Shown: in pieces, positions 31,225 to 45,100 of the stretch
Numbering within the stretch: the first letter of the stretch is position 1
Layout: each line of letters opens with the position of its first letter
Assembly (NCBI RefSeq): GCF_009914755.1
Contig: NC_060928.1
Source: the human T2T-CHM13v2.0 reference genome, Homo sapiens
Reading direction: 5' to 3' (one strand)
Length of the DNA: 64,000 bases
Program-made: the position numbers and the translations under genes
The notes under the pieces: model-generated
What the model saw: the letters and a program-made list of their open reading frames with translations, nothing else
Database searches by the model: none
What the model was told of the DNA's origin: nothing

Positions 31225-33473
31225 GTTTGTTATTTTATGATCAGTATATAATACATATTTTGGGTACTTTGATATTTTATGTACAGTATATAATACATAC
31301 TTTGGGTACTTTGATATTTTATGTACAGTATATAATGCATAATTTGGGTACTTCAATAGTTTATGCACAGTATATAATACATACTTTGGGTAATTTGATA
31401 TTTTATGTACAGTATATAATGCATACTTTGGGTACTTTGATAGTTTATGTACAGTATACAATACATACTTTGGGTACTTTGATATTTTATGTACAGTATA
31501 TAATATGTAGTTTGGGTACTTTGATATTTTAACTACAGTATATAATACATACTTTGGGTACTTTGATATTTTATCTACAGTATATAATAGATACTTTGGG
31601 TACTTTGATATATTATGTACAGTATATAATACATAGTTTGGTTACTTTGATATTTTTTGTACAGTATGTAAAACATACTTTGGGGAGTTTGATATTTTAT
31701 GAACAGTATATAATACACATTTTGGGTACTTTGATATTTTATGTACGGTATATAATACATACTTTGGGTACTTTGATATTTTATGTACAGTATATAATTC
31801 ATACTTTGGGTACTTTGATATTTTATGTACAGTATATAATACATACATTGGGTACTTCGATATTTTATGTGCAGTACCCTATATATAGTTTGGGTACTTT
31901 GATATTTTATGTCCAGTATAAAATAAATAGTTTTGGTACTTTGATATTTTATGTACAGTATATAGTTTGAGTACTTTGATATTTAATGTTCAGTTTATTA
32001 TAAATGTTTGGGTGCTTTCATATTTTATATACAGTATATAATACATACTTTGGGCACTTTGATATTTTCTGTACAGTATATAATACATACTTTGGGTACT
32101 TTGATATTTTATGTACGGTATATAATACATACATTGGGTACTTTGATATTTTATGTAAAGTATATAATATATAGTTTGGTTACTTTGATATTTTATATAC
32201 AGTATATAATATATATTATGTGTACTTTGATATATTATGTACAGTATATAATATATAGTATGGGTTGTTTGATATTTTATGTACAGTATATAATATATAG
32301 TTTGGGTAGTTTGATATTTTTAGTACAGTATGTAATATATAGTTTGTTTTATTTGATATTTTATGTACAGTATACAATATATAGTATTGGTACTTTGATA
32401 TTTCATGTAAAGTATATAGTTTGAGTACTTTGATATTTTATATGCAGTTTATTATAAATGTTTGGGTACCTTCATATTTTATGTACAGTATATAATACAT
32501 ACTTTGGGAACTTTTATTTTATGTGCAGTATATAATACATACTTTGGGTACTTTGATATTTCATGTACAGTATATAATACACACTTTGGGTACTTTGATA
32601 TTTTATGTACAGTATATAATACACACTTTGGGTAGTTTGATATTTTATGTACAGTATATAATACATACTTTGGGTACTTTGATGTATTATGTACAGTATA
32701 TAATACATACTTTGGGTACTTTGATATTTTATGTACAGTATATAATACATACTTTGGGTACTTTGATATTTTATGTACAGTATGTAATACATAATTTGGG
32801 TACTTTAATATTTTATGTATAGTATATAATACTTACTTTGGGTACTTTGATATTTTATGGACAGTGTATAATACATACTTTGGGTTCTTTGATATTTTAT
32901 GTACAGTATATAACATATAGTTTGGGTACTTTGATATTTTATATACAGTATATAATACATACTTTGGGTACTTTGATATTTTATGTACAGTATATAATAC
33001 ATACTTTGGGTACTTTGATATTTCATGCACAGTATACAATATATAGTTTGAGTACTTTGATATTTTATGTACTGAATAAAATATATAGTTTTCGTACTTT
33101 GATATTTTATGTACAGTATATAGTTTGAGTACGTTGATATTTTATGAACAGTTTGTTATAAATGTTTGGGTGCTTTCATATTTTATGTACAGTATATAAT
33201 ACATACTTTGGGCACTTTGATATCTTATGTACAGTATATAATACATACTTTGGGTTCTCTGATATTTTCTGTACAGTGTATAATACATAATTTGGGTACT
33301 TTGATATTTTATGTACAGCATATAATACATACGTTGGGTACTTTGATATATTATGTACAGTATATAATACATACTTTGGGTACTTTGATATTTTATGTAC
33401 AGTATATAATCCATAGTTTGTGTACTTTTATATTTTATGTACAGTATATAATACATACTTTGGGTACTTTGAT
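31225..33473. repeat. Dispersed copy of window positions 1-2249 (offset 31224)
   Basis: ORF landmarks 330/31554, 784/32008, 1290/32514, 1614/32838 and 1942/33166 all differ by 31224. GTTTGTTATTTTATGATCAG occurs at both 1 and 31225. Confidence 0.88.
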
Positions 33474-35689
33474 GTTTTATGTACAGTATATAATACATAC
33501 TTTGGGTTCTTTGATATGTTATGTACAGCATATAGTACATAATTTGGGGACTTTTATATTTTATGTACATTATATAATACATAATTTGGGGACTTTTATA
33601 TTTTATGTACATTATATTATACATACTTTGGGTACTTTTATATTTTATGTACGGTATATAATACACACTTTGGGTACTTTGATATATTATGTACAGTATA
33701 TAATACATACTTTGGGTACTTTGATATATTATGTACAGTATATAATACATACTAAGGGTACTTTGACATTTTATGTACAGTACATAATACATACTTTGGG
33801 TACTTTGATATTTTATGTACAGTATATAATGCATACTTTGGATACTATGATATTTTATATACAGTATATAATACATACTTTGGGTACTTTTATATTTTAT
33901 GTACAGTATATAATATATAGTTTGGGTACTTTGATATTTTATGTACGGTATATAATACATACTTTGGGTACTTTGATATTTTATGTACAGTATATAATAC
34001 ATACTTTGGGTACTCTGATATTTTATGTACAGTATACAATATATAGTTTGAATACTTTGATATTTTATGTACTGTATAAAATATATAGTTTTCGTACTTT
34101 GATATTTTATGTACAATATATAGTTTGAGTACTTTGATATTTTATGTACAGTTTTTTATAAATGTTTCGGTGCTTTCATATTTTATGTACAGTATATAAT
34201 ACATACAAAGGGCACTTTGATATTTTATGTACAGTATATAATACATACTTTGGGTACTCTGATATTTTATGTACAGTGTATAATACATACTTTGGGTACT
34301 TTGATATTTTATGTACAATATATAATACATACGTTGGGAACTTTGTTATATTATGTACAGTATATAATACATACTTTGGGTACTTTGATATTTTATCTAC
34401 AGTATACAACACATAGTTTGTGTACTTTGATATTTTAGGTACAGTATATAATACATACTTTGGGTACTTTGATATTTTATGTACAGTATATAATACATAC
34501 ATTGGGTACTTTCATATTTTATGTACAGTATATAATATATAGTTTGGTTACTTTGATATTTCATCTACAGCTTATAATACATACTTTGGATACTTTGATA
34601 CTTTATGTACAGTATATAATACATAATTTGGGTACTTTGTTATTTTATGTACAGTATACAATATATAGTTTGAGTACTTTGATATTTTATGTGCAGTATA
34701 AAATATATAGTTTTGGTACTTTCATATTTTATGTACAGTATATAGTTTGAGTACTTTGATATTTTATGTACAGTTTTTTATAAATGTTTGGGTGCTTTCA
34801 TATTTTATGTACAGTATATAATACATACTAAGGGCACTTTGATATTTTATGTACAGTATATAATACATACCTTGGGTACTTTGATATTTTATGTACAGTA
34901 TATAATACATAGTTTGGGTATTTTGATACTTTATGTACAGTATATAATACATACTTTGGGTACTTTGATATTTTATGTACAGTATATAATACATACTTTG
35001 GGAACTTTGATATTTTATGTACAGTATGTAGAACATACTTTGGGTACTTTGATATTTTATGTACAGGATATAATGCATACTTTGGGTACTTTGATAGTTT
35101 ATGTACAGTATATAATACATACTTTGGGTACTTTGATATTTTATGTATAGTATAAAATATATAGTTTGGGTACTTTGATATTTTATGTACAGTATGTAAA
35201 ACATACTTTGGGGAGTTTGATATTTTATGTACAGTATGTAAAACATACTTTGGGGAGTTTGATATTTTATGAACAGTATATAATACACATTTTGTGTACT
35301 TTGATATTTTATGTAAAGTATATAATACATACTTTGGGTACTTTGATATTTTATGTACAGTATATATTACATACTTTGGGTACTTTGATATTTTATGTAC
35401 AGTATACAATATATAGTTTGAGTACTTTGATATTTTATGTACTGTATAAAATATATAGTTTTGGTACTTTGATATTTTATGTACAGTATATAGTTTGAGT
35501 ACTTTGATATTTTATGTACAGTTTGTTATAAATATTTTGGTGCTTTCATATTTTATGTACTGTATATAATACATGCTTTGGGCACTTTGATATTTTATGT
35601 ACAGTATATAATACATACTTTGGGTAATCTGATATTTTATGTACAGTGTATAATATATACTTTGGGTACTTTGATATTTTATGTACACT

Positions 35690-37285
35690 ATATAATACAT
35701 ACTATTGGTACTTTGATATTTTATGTACAGTATACAATATATAGTTTGAGTACTTTGATATTTTATGTCCAGTATAAAATATACAGATTTCGTACTTTGA
35801 TATTTTATGTACAGAATATAGTTTGAGTACTTTGATATTTTATGTACACTTTATTATAAAAGTTTGGGTACTTTCATATTTTACGTACAGTATATAATAC
35901 ATACTTTGGGCACTTTGATGTTTTATGCACAGTATATAATACATACTTTGGGTACTTTTATATTTTATGTACAGTATATAATACATAGTTTGGGTACTTT
36001 GATATTTAATATACAGTATATAATGCACACTTTGCGTACTTTGATATTTTATGTAAAGTATGTAATACATACTTTGGGTAGTTTGATATTTTATGTACAG
36101 TATGTAATACACACTTTGGGTACTTTGATATTTTATGTACAGTATGTAAAACATACTTTGGGTAGTTTGATATATTATGATCAGTATATAATACACATTT
36201 TGGGTACTTTGATATTTTATGTACAGTGTATAATACATACTTTGGGTACTTTGATATTTTATGTACAGGATATAATGCATACTTTGGGTACTTTGATAGT
36301 TTATGTACAGTATATAATACTTACTTTGGGTACTTTGATATTTTATATATAGTATAAAATATATAGTTTGGGTAGTTTGATACTTTAAGTATAGTATATG
36401 ATACATATTTTTAGTACTTAGATATTTTATCTACAGTGTATAATAAATACTATGGGTACTTTGATATATTATGTACAATAGATAATACATGCTTTGGGTA
36501 CTTTGATATTTTATGTACAGTATATAATACATACTTTGGGTACTTTGATATTTTATGTACAGTATATAATACATACATTGGGTGCTTTCATATTTCATGT
36601 ACACTATATAATATATAGTTTGGGTACTTTGGTATATTATGTACTGTATATAATACATACTTTGAGTATTTTGATATTTTATGTACAGTATATAATACAT
36701 ACTTTGGGTACTTTGATATTTTATGTACAGTATATAATGCATAATTTGGGTACTTCAATAGTTTATGCACAGTATATAATACATACTTTGGGTAATTTGA
36801 TATTTTATGTACAGTATATAATGCATACTTTGGGTACTTTGATAGTTTATGTACAGTATACAATACATACTTTGGGTACTTTGATATTTTATGTACAGTA
36901 TATAATATGTAGTTTGGGTACTTTGATATTTTAACTACAGTATATAATACATACTTTGGGTACTTTGATATTTTATCTACAGTATATAACAGATACTTTG
37001 GGTACTTTGATATATTATGTACAGTATATAATACATAGTTTGGTTACTTTGATATTTTTTGTACAGTATGTAAAACATACTTTGGGGAGTTTGATATTTT
37101 ATGAACAGTATATAATACACATTTTGGGTACTTTGATATTTTATGTACGGTATATAATACATACTTTGGGTACTTTGATATTTTATGTACAGTATATAAT
37201 TCATACTTTGGGTACTTTGATATTTTATGTACAGTATATAATACATACTTTGGGTACTTTGATATTTTATGTACAGTATATAATA
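35690..37285. repeat. About 1.6-kb duplication, copy A (partner at +4914)
   Basis: ORF landmarks 35864/40778, 36436/41350, 36494/41408 and 36956/41870 all differ by 4914; both copies share a distinctive divergent tract. Confidence 0.88.
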
Positions 37286-37989
37286 CATACTTTGGGTACT
37301 TTAATATTTTATGTAGAGTATATAATACCTACTTTGGGTACTTTGATATTTTGTGGAAAGTATATAATACATGCTTTGGGTAAGTTGATATTTTATGTAC
37401 AGTATATAATATATAGTTTGGGTATTTTGATATTTTATATACAGTATATAATACATACTTTGCCTACTTTGATATTTTTTGTACAGTATATAAAACATAC
37501 TTTGGGGAGTTTGATATTTTATGAACAGTATATAATACACATTTTGGGTACTTTGATATTTTATGTACAGTATATAATACATACTTTGGGTACTTTGATA
37601 TTTTACGTACAGTATATAATACATACGTTGGGTACTTTGATATTTTATGTACAGTATATAATACATACATTGGGTACTTCGATATTTTATGTGCAGTACC
37701 GTATATATAGTTTGGGTATTTTGATATTTTATGTCCAGTATAAAATAAATAGTTTTGTTACTTTGATATTTTATGTACAGGTTATAGTTTGAGTACTTTG
37801 ATATTTAATGTTCAGTTTATTATAAATGTTTGGGTGCTTTCATATTTTATATACAGTATATAATACATAGTTTGGGCGCCTTGATATTTTATGTATAGTA
37901 TATAATACATACTTTGGGTACTTTGATGTATTATGTACAGTATATAATACATACTTTGGGTACTTTGATATTTTATGTACAGTATATAA

Positions 37990-38490
37990 TACATACTTTG
38001 GGTACTTTGATATTTTATGTACAGTATGTAATACATAATTTGGGTACTTTAATATTTTATGTGTAGTATATAATACATACTTTGGGTACTTTGATATTTT
38101 ATGTACAGTATATAATACATACATTGGGTACTTTCATATTTCATGTACAGTATATAATATATAGTTTGGGTACTTTGGTATATTATGTACTGTATATAAT
38201 ACATACTTTGAGTACTTTGATATTTTATGTACAGTATATAATACATACTTTGAGTACTTTGATATTTTATGTACAGTATGTAATACATAATTTGGGTACT
38301 TTAATATTTTATGTATAGTATATAATACATACTTTGGGTACTTTGATATTTTATGTACAGTATATAATATATACATTGGGTACTTTCATATTTCATGTAC
38401 AGTATATAATATATAGTTTGGGTACTTTGGTATATTATGTACTGTATATAATACATACTTTGAGTACTTTGATATTTTATGTACAGTATA
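37990..38490. repeat. Local 252-bp (6-monomer) tandem duplication
   Basis: ORF starts 38082 and 38334 with the same variant series (ACATTGGG, TTCATATTTCAT, TTGGTATATTATGTACTG, TTGAGT). Confidence 0.8.
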
Positions 38491-39069
38491 TAATATATAG
38501 TTTGGGTACTTTGATATTTTATATACAATATATAATATGTATTATGTGTACTTTGATATATTCTGTGCAGTATATAATATATAGTTTGGGTTGTTTGATA
38601 TTTTATGTACAGTATATAATATATTGTTTGGGTAGTTTGATATTTTAAGTACAGTATGTAATATATAGTTTGTGTTATTTGATATTTTATGTAATGTATA
38701 CAATATATAGTACTGGTACTTTGATATTTCATGTAAAGTATATAGTTTGAGTACTTTGATATTTTATATACAGTTTATTATAAATGTTTGGGTACCTTCA
38801 TATTTTATGTACAGTATATAATACATACTTTGGGAACTTTTATTTTATGTGCAGTATATAATACATACCTTGGGTACTTTGATATTTTATGTACAGGATA
38901 TAATACACACTTTGGGTACTTTGATATTTTATGTACAGTATATAATACACACTTTGGGTAGTTTGATATTTTATGTACAGTATATAATACATACTTTGGG
39001 TACTTTGATGTATTATGTACAGTATATAATACATACTTTGGGTACTTTGATATTTTATGTACAGTATAT

Positions 39070-39590
39070 AATACATACTTTGGGTACTTTGATATTTTAT
39101 GTACAGTATGTAATACATAATTTGGGTACTTTAATATTTTATGTATAGTATATAATACATACTTTGGGTACTTTGATATTTTATGTACAGTATATAATAC
39201 ATACATTGGGTACTTTCATATTTCATGTACAGTATATAATATATAGTTTGGGTACTTTGGTATATTATGTACTGTATATAATACATACTTTGAGTACTTT
39301 GATATTTTATGTACAGTATATAATACATACTTTGGGTACTTTGATATTTTATGTACAGTATGTAATACATAATTTGGGTACTTTAATATTTTATGTATAG
39401 TATATAATACATACTTTGGGTACTTTGATATTTTATGTACAGTATATAATACATACATTGGGTACTTTCATATTTCATGTACAGTATATAATATATAGTT
39501 TGGGTACTTTGGTATATTATGTACTGTATATAATACATACTTTGAGTACTTTGATATTTTATGTACAGTATATAATACATACTTTGCGTA
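39070..39590. repeat. Second 252-bp (6-monomer) tandem duplication
   Basis: ORF starts 39164 and 39416; same 6-mer as at 38082 (offset 1082). Confidence 0.8.
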
Positions 39591-40603
39591 CTTTGATATT
39601 TTATGTCCAGTATAGAATATATAGTTTTGGTAGTTTGATATTTTATGTACAGTATATAGTTTGAGTACTTTCACATTTTATGTACAGTTTATTATAAATG
39701 TTTGGGTGTTTTCATATTTTATGTACTGTATATAATACATACATTGGGCACTTTGATATATTATGTACAGTATATAATACATACTTTGGGTACTCTGATA
39801 TTTTATGTACAGTATATAATACACACTTTGGGTACTTTGATATTTTATGTACAGGATATAATGCATACTTTGGGTACTTTGATTGTTTATGTACAGTATA
39901 TAATACATAATTTGGGTACTTTGATATTTTATGTATAGTATAAAATATACAGTTTGGGTACTTTGATATTTTATGTACAGTATGTAAAACATACTTTGGG
40001 GAGTTTGATATTTTATGTACAGTATGTAAAACATAATTTGGGGAGTTTGATATTTTATGAACAGTATATAATACACATTTTGTGTACTTTGGTATTTTAT
40101 GTACAGTATATAATACATACTTTGGGTACTTTGATATTTTATGTACAGTATATAATACATACTTTGGGTACTTTGATATTTTATGTACAGTATACAATAT
40201 ATAGTTTGAGTACTTTGATATTTTATGTACTGTATAAAATATATAGTTTTGGTACTTTGATATTTTATGTACAGTATATAGTTTGAGTACTTTGATATTT
40301 TATGTACAGTTTGTTATAAATATTTGGGTGCTTTCATATTTTATGTACTGTATATAATACATGCTTTAGGCACTTTGATATTTTATGTACAGTATATAAT
40401 ACATACTTTGGGTACTCTGATATTTTATGTACAGTGTATAATACATACTTTGGGTACTTTGATATTTTATGTACAGTATATAATACATAAATTGGGTACT
40501 TTGATATATTATGTACAGTATATAATACTTACTTGGGGTACTTTGATATTTTATGTATAGTATATAATACATAGTTTGTGTACTTTGATATTTTATGTAC
40601 AGT

Positions 40604-42199
40604 ACATAATACATACTATTGGTACTTTGATATTTTATGTACAGTATACAATATATAGTTTGAGTACTTTGATATTTTATGTCCAGTATAAAATATATAG
40701 ATTTCGTACTTTGATATTTTATGTACAGAATATAGTTTGAGTACTTTGATATTTTATGTACACTTTATTATAAAAGTTTGGGTACTTTCATATTTTATGT
40801 ACAGTATATAATACATACTTTGGGCACTTTGATGTTTTATGCACAGTATATAATACATACTTTGGGTACTTTTATATTTTATGTACAGTATATAATACAT
40901 AGTTTGGGTACTTTGATATTTAATATACAGTATATAATGCACACTTTGCGTACTTTGATATTTTATGTAAAGTATGTAATACATACTTTGGGTAGTTTGA
41001 TATTTTATGTACAGTATGTAATACACACTTTGGGTACTTTGATATTTTATGTACAGTATGTAAAACATACTTTGGGTAGTTTGATATATTATGATCAGTA
41101 TATAATACACATTTTGGGTACTTTGATATTTTATGTACAGTGTATAATACATACTTTGGGTACTTTGATATTTTATGTACAGGATATAATGCATACTTTG
41201 GGTACTTTGATAGTTTATGTACAGTATATAATACTTACTTTGGGTACTTTGATATTTTATATATAGTATAAAATATATAGTTTGGGTAGTTTGATACTTT
41301 AAGTATAGTATATGATACATATTTTTAGTACTTAGATATTTTATCTACAGTGTATAATAAATACTATGGGTACTTTGATATATTATGTACAATAGATAAT
41401 ACATGCTTTGGGTACTTTGGTATTTTATGTACAGTATATAATACATACTTTGGGTACTTTGATATTTTATGTACAGTATATAATACATACATTGGGTGCT
41501 TTCATATTTCATGTACACTATATAATATATAGTTTGGGTACTTTGGTATATTATGTACTGTATATAATACATACTTTGAGTATTTTGATATTTTATGTAC
41601 AGTATATAATACATACTTTGGGTACTTTGATATTTTATGTACAGTATATAATGCATAATTTGGGTACTTCAATAGTTTATGCACAGTATATAATACATAC
41701 TTTGGGTAATTTGATATTTTATGTACAGTATATAATGCATACTTTGGGTACTTTGATAGTTTATGTACAGTATACAATACATACTTTGGGTACTTTGATA
41801 TTTTATGTACAGTATATAATATGTAGTTTGGGTACTTTGATATTTTAACTACAGTATATAATACATACTTTGGGTACTTTGATATTTTATCTACAGTATA
41901 TAACAGATACTTTGGGTACTTTGATGTATTATGTACAGTATATAATACATAGTTTGGTTACTTTGATATTTTTTGTACAGTATGTAAAACATACTTTGGG
42001 GAGTTTGATATTTTATGAACAGTATATAATACACATTTTGGGTACTTTGATATTTTATGTACGGTATATAATACATACTTTGGGTACTTTGATATTTTAT
42101 GTACAGTATATAATTCATACTTTGGGTACTTTGATATTTTATGTACAGTATATAATACATACTTTGGGTACTTTGATATTTTATGTACAGTATATAATG
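40604..42199. repeat. About 1.6-kb duplication, copy B
   Basis: Near-identical to 35690-37285 at offset 4914. Confidence 0.88.
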
Positions 42200-45100
42200 C
42201 ATACTTTAGGTACTTTGATAGTTTATGTACAGTATATAATACATACTTTGGGTACTTTGATATTTTATGTACAGTATATAATACATACTTTGGGTACTTT
42301 GATATTTTATGTACAGTATATAATTCATACTTTGGGTACTTTGATATTTTATGTACAGGATATAATGCATACTTTGGGTACTTTTATATTTTATGTACAG
42401 TATATAATATATAGTTTGGGTACTTTGATATTTTATGTACGGTATATAATACATAGTTTGGGTACTTTGACATTTTATATACAGTATATAATACATACTT
42501 TGTGTACTTTGATATTGTATGTACAGTATACAATATATAGTTTGAGTAGTTTGATATTTTATGTACTGTATAAAATATATAGTTTTGGTACTTTGATATT
42601 TTATGTATAGTATATAGTTTGAGTACTTTGATATTTTATGTACAGTTTTTTATAAATATTTCGGTGCTTTCATATTTTATGTACAGTATATAATACACAC
42701 TAAGCGCACTTTGATATTTTATGTACAGTATATAATACATACTTTGGTTACTCTGATATTTTATGTACAGTGTATAATACATACTTTGGGTACTTTGATA
42801 TTTTATGTACAATATATAATACATACGTTGGGAACTTTGATATATTATGTACAGTATATAATTCATACTTTGGGTACTTTGATATATTATGTACAGTATA
42901 TAATACATAGTTTGTGTACTTTGATATTTTATGTACAGTATATAATACATACTTTGGGTACTTTGATATTTTATATACAGTATATAATACATACTTTGGG
43001 TACTTTCATGTTTTATGTACATTATATAATATATAGTTTGGGTACTTTGATATTTTATCTACAGCTTATAATACATACTTTGGGTACTTTGATATTTTAT
43101 ATACAGTATATAATACATACTTTGGGTAGTTTGATATTTTATGTACAGTATACAATATATAGTTTGAGTAATTTGATATTTTATGTACAGTATACAATAT
43201 ATAGTTTGAGTACTTTGATATTTTATGTGCAGTATAAAATATATAGTTTTGGTACTTTGATATTTTATGTACAGTTTATAGTTTGAGTACTTTGACATTT
43301 TATGTACAGTTTATTATAAATGTTTGGGTACTTTCATATTTGATGTACAGTATATAATACATAATTTGGGCACTTTGATATTTTATGTACCGTATATAAT
43401 ACATACTTTGGGTACTTTTCTATTTTATGTACAGTATATAATACATACTTTGGGTACTTTGATATTTAATGTACAGTATATAATACACACTTTGCGTACT
43501 TTGATATTTTATGTAAAGCATGTAATACATACATTGGGCAGTTTGATATTTTATGTACAGTATGTAATACACACTTTGGGTACTTTGATATTTTATGTAC
43601 GGTATGTAAAACATACTTTGCGTAGTTTGATATATTATGTACAGTAGATAATACATACTTTGGGTACTCTGATATTTTATGTACAGTGTATAATACATAC
43701 TTTGGTTACTTTGATATTTTATGTACAGTATATAATACATACATTGGGTACTTTGATATATTATGCACAGTATATAATACTTACTTGGGGTACTTTGATA
43801 TTTTATGTACAGTATATAATACATACTTTGTGTACTTTGATATTTTATGTACCTTATATAATACATAATTTGGGTACTTTGATATTTTATGTACAGTATA
43901 TAATACATACTTTGGGTATCTTGATATTTTATATACAGTATATAATGCATATTTTGGGTACTTTGATATTTTATGTACAGTATATAATGCATACTTTGAG
44001 TACTTTGATATTTTATGTACAGTATATAATGCATACTTTGAGTACTTTGATATTTTATGTATAGTAAGTAATACATACTTTGGGTACTTTGATATTTTAT
44101 GTATAGTATATAATACATAGTTTGTGTAGTTTGATATTTTATGTACAGTATACAATATATAGTTTGAGTACTTTGATATTTTATGTCCAGTATAAAATAT
44201 ATAGTTTTCCTAATTGATATTTTATGTACAGAATATAGTTTGAGTACTTTGATATATTATGTACACTTTATTATAAATGTTTGGGTACTTTCATATTTTA
44301 TGTACAGTATATAATACATACTTTGGTCTCTTTGATGTTTTATGTACAGTATATAATACATACTTTGGGTTCTTTGATATTTTATGTGCAGAATATAATG
44401 CATAGTTTTAGGTACTTTTATATTTTATGTACAGTATATAATACATACTTTGGGTACTTTGATATTTTATGTACAGTATATGATACATACTTTGGGAACT
44501 TTGATATTTTATGTACAGTATGTAATACATACTTTGGGTACTTTGATATTTTATGTACAGTATATAATACATATTATTGGTACTTTGATATTTTATGTAC
44601 AGTATACAATATATAGTTTGAGTACTTTGATATTTTATGTCCAGTATAAAATACATAGATTTCATACTTTGATATTTTATGTACAGAATATAGTTTGAGT
44701 ACTTTGATATTTTATGTACACTTTATCATAAAAGTTTGGGTACTTTCATATTTTACGTACAGTATATAATACATACTTTGGGCACTTTGATGTTTTATGT
44801 ACAGTATATAATACATACTTTGGGTTCTTTGATATGTTATGTACAGCATATAGTACATAATTTGGGGACTTTTATATTTTATGTACATTATATAATACAT
44901 ACTTTGGGTACTTTTATATTTTATGTACGGTATATAATACATACTTTGGGTACTTTGATATATTATGTACAGTATATAATACATACTTTGGGTACTTTGA
45001 TATATAATGTACAGTATATAATACATACTTAGGGTACTTTGATATTTTATGTACAGTACATAATACATACTTTGGGTACTTTGATATTTTATGTACAGTA

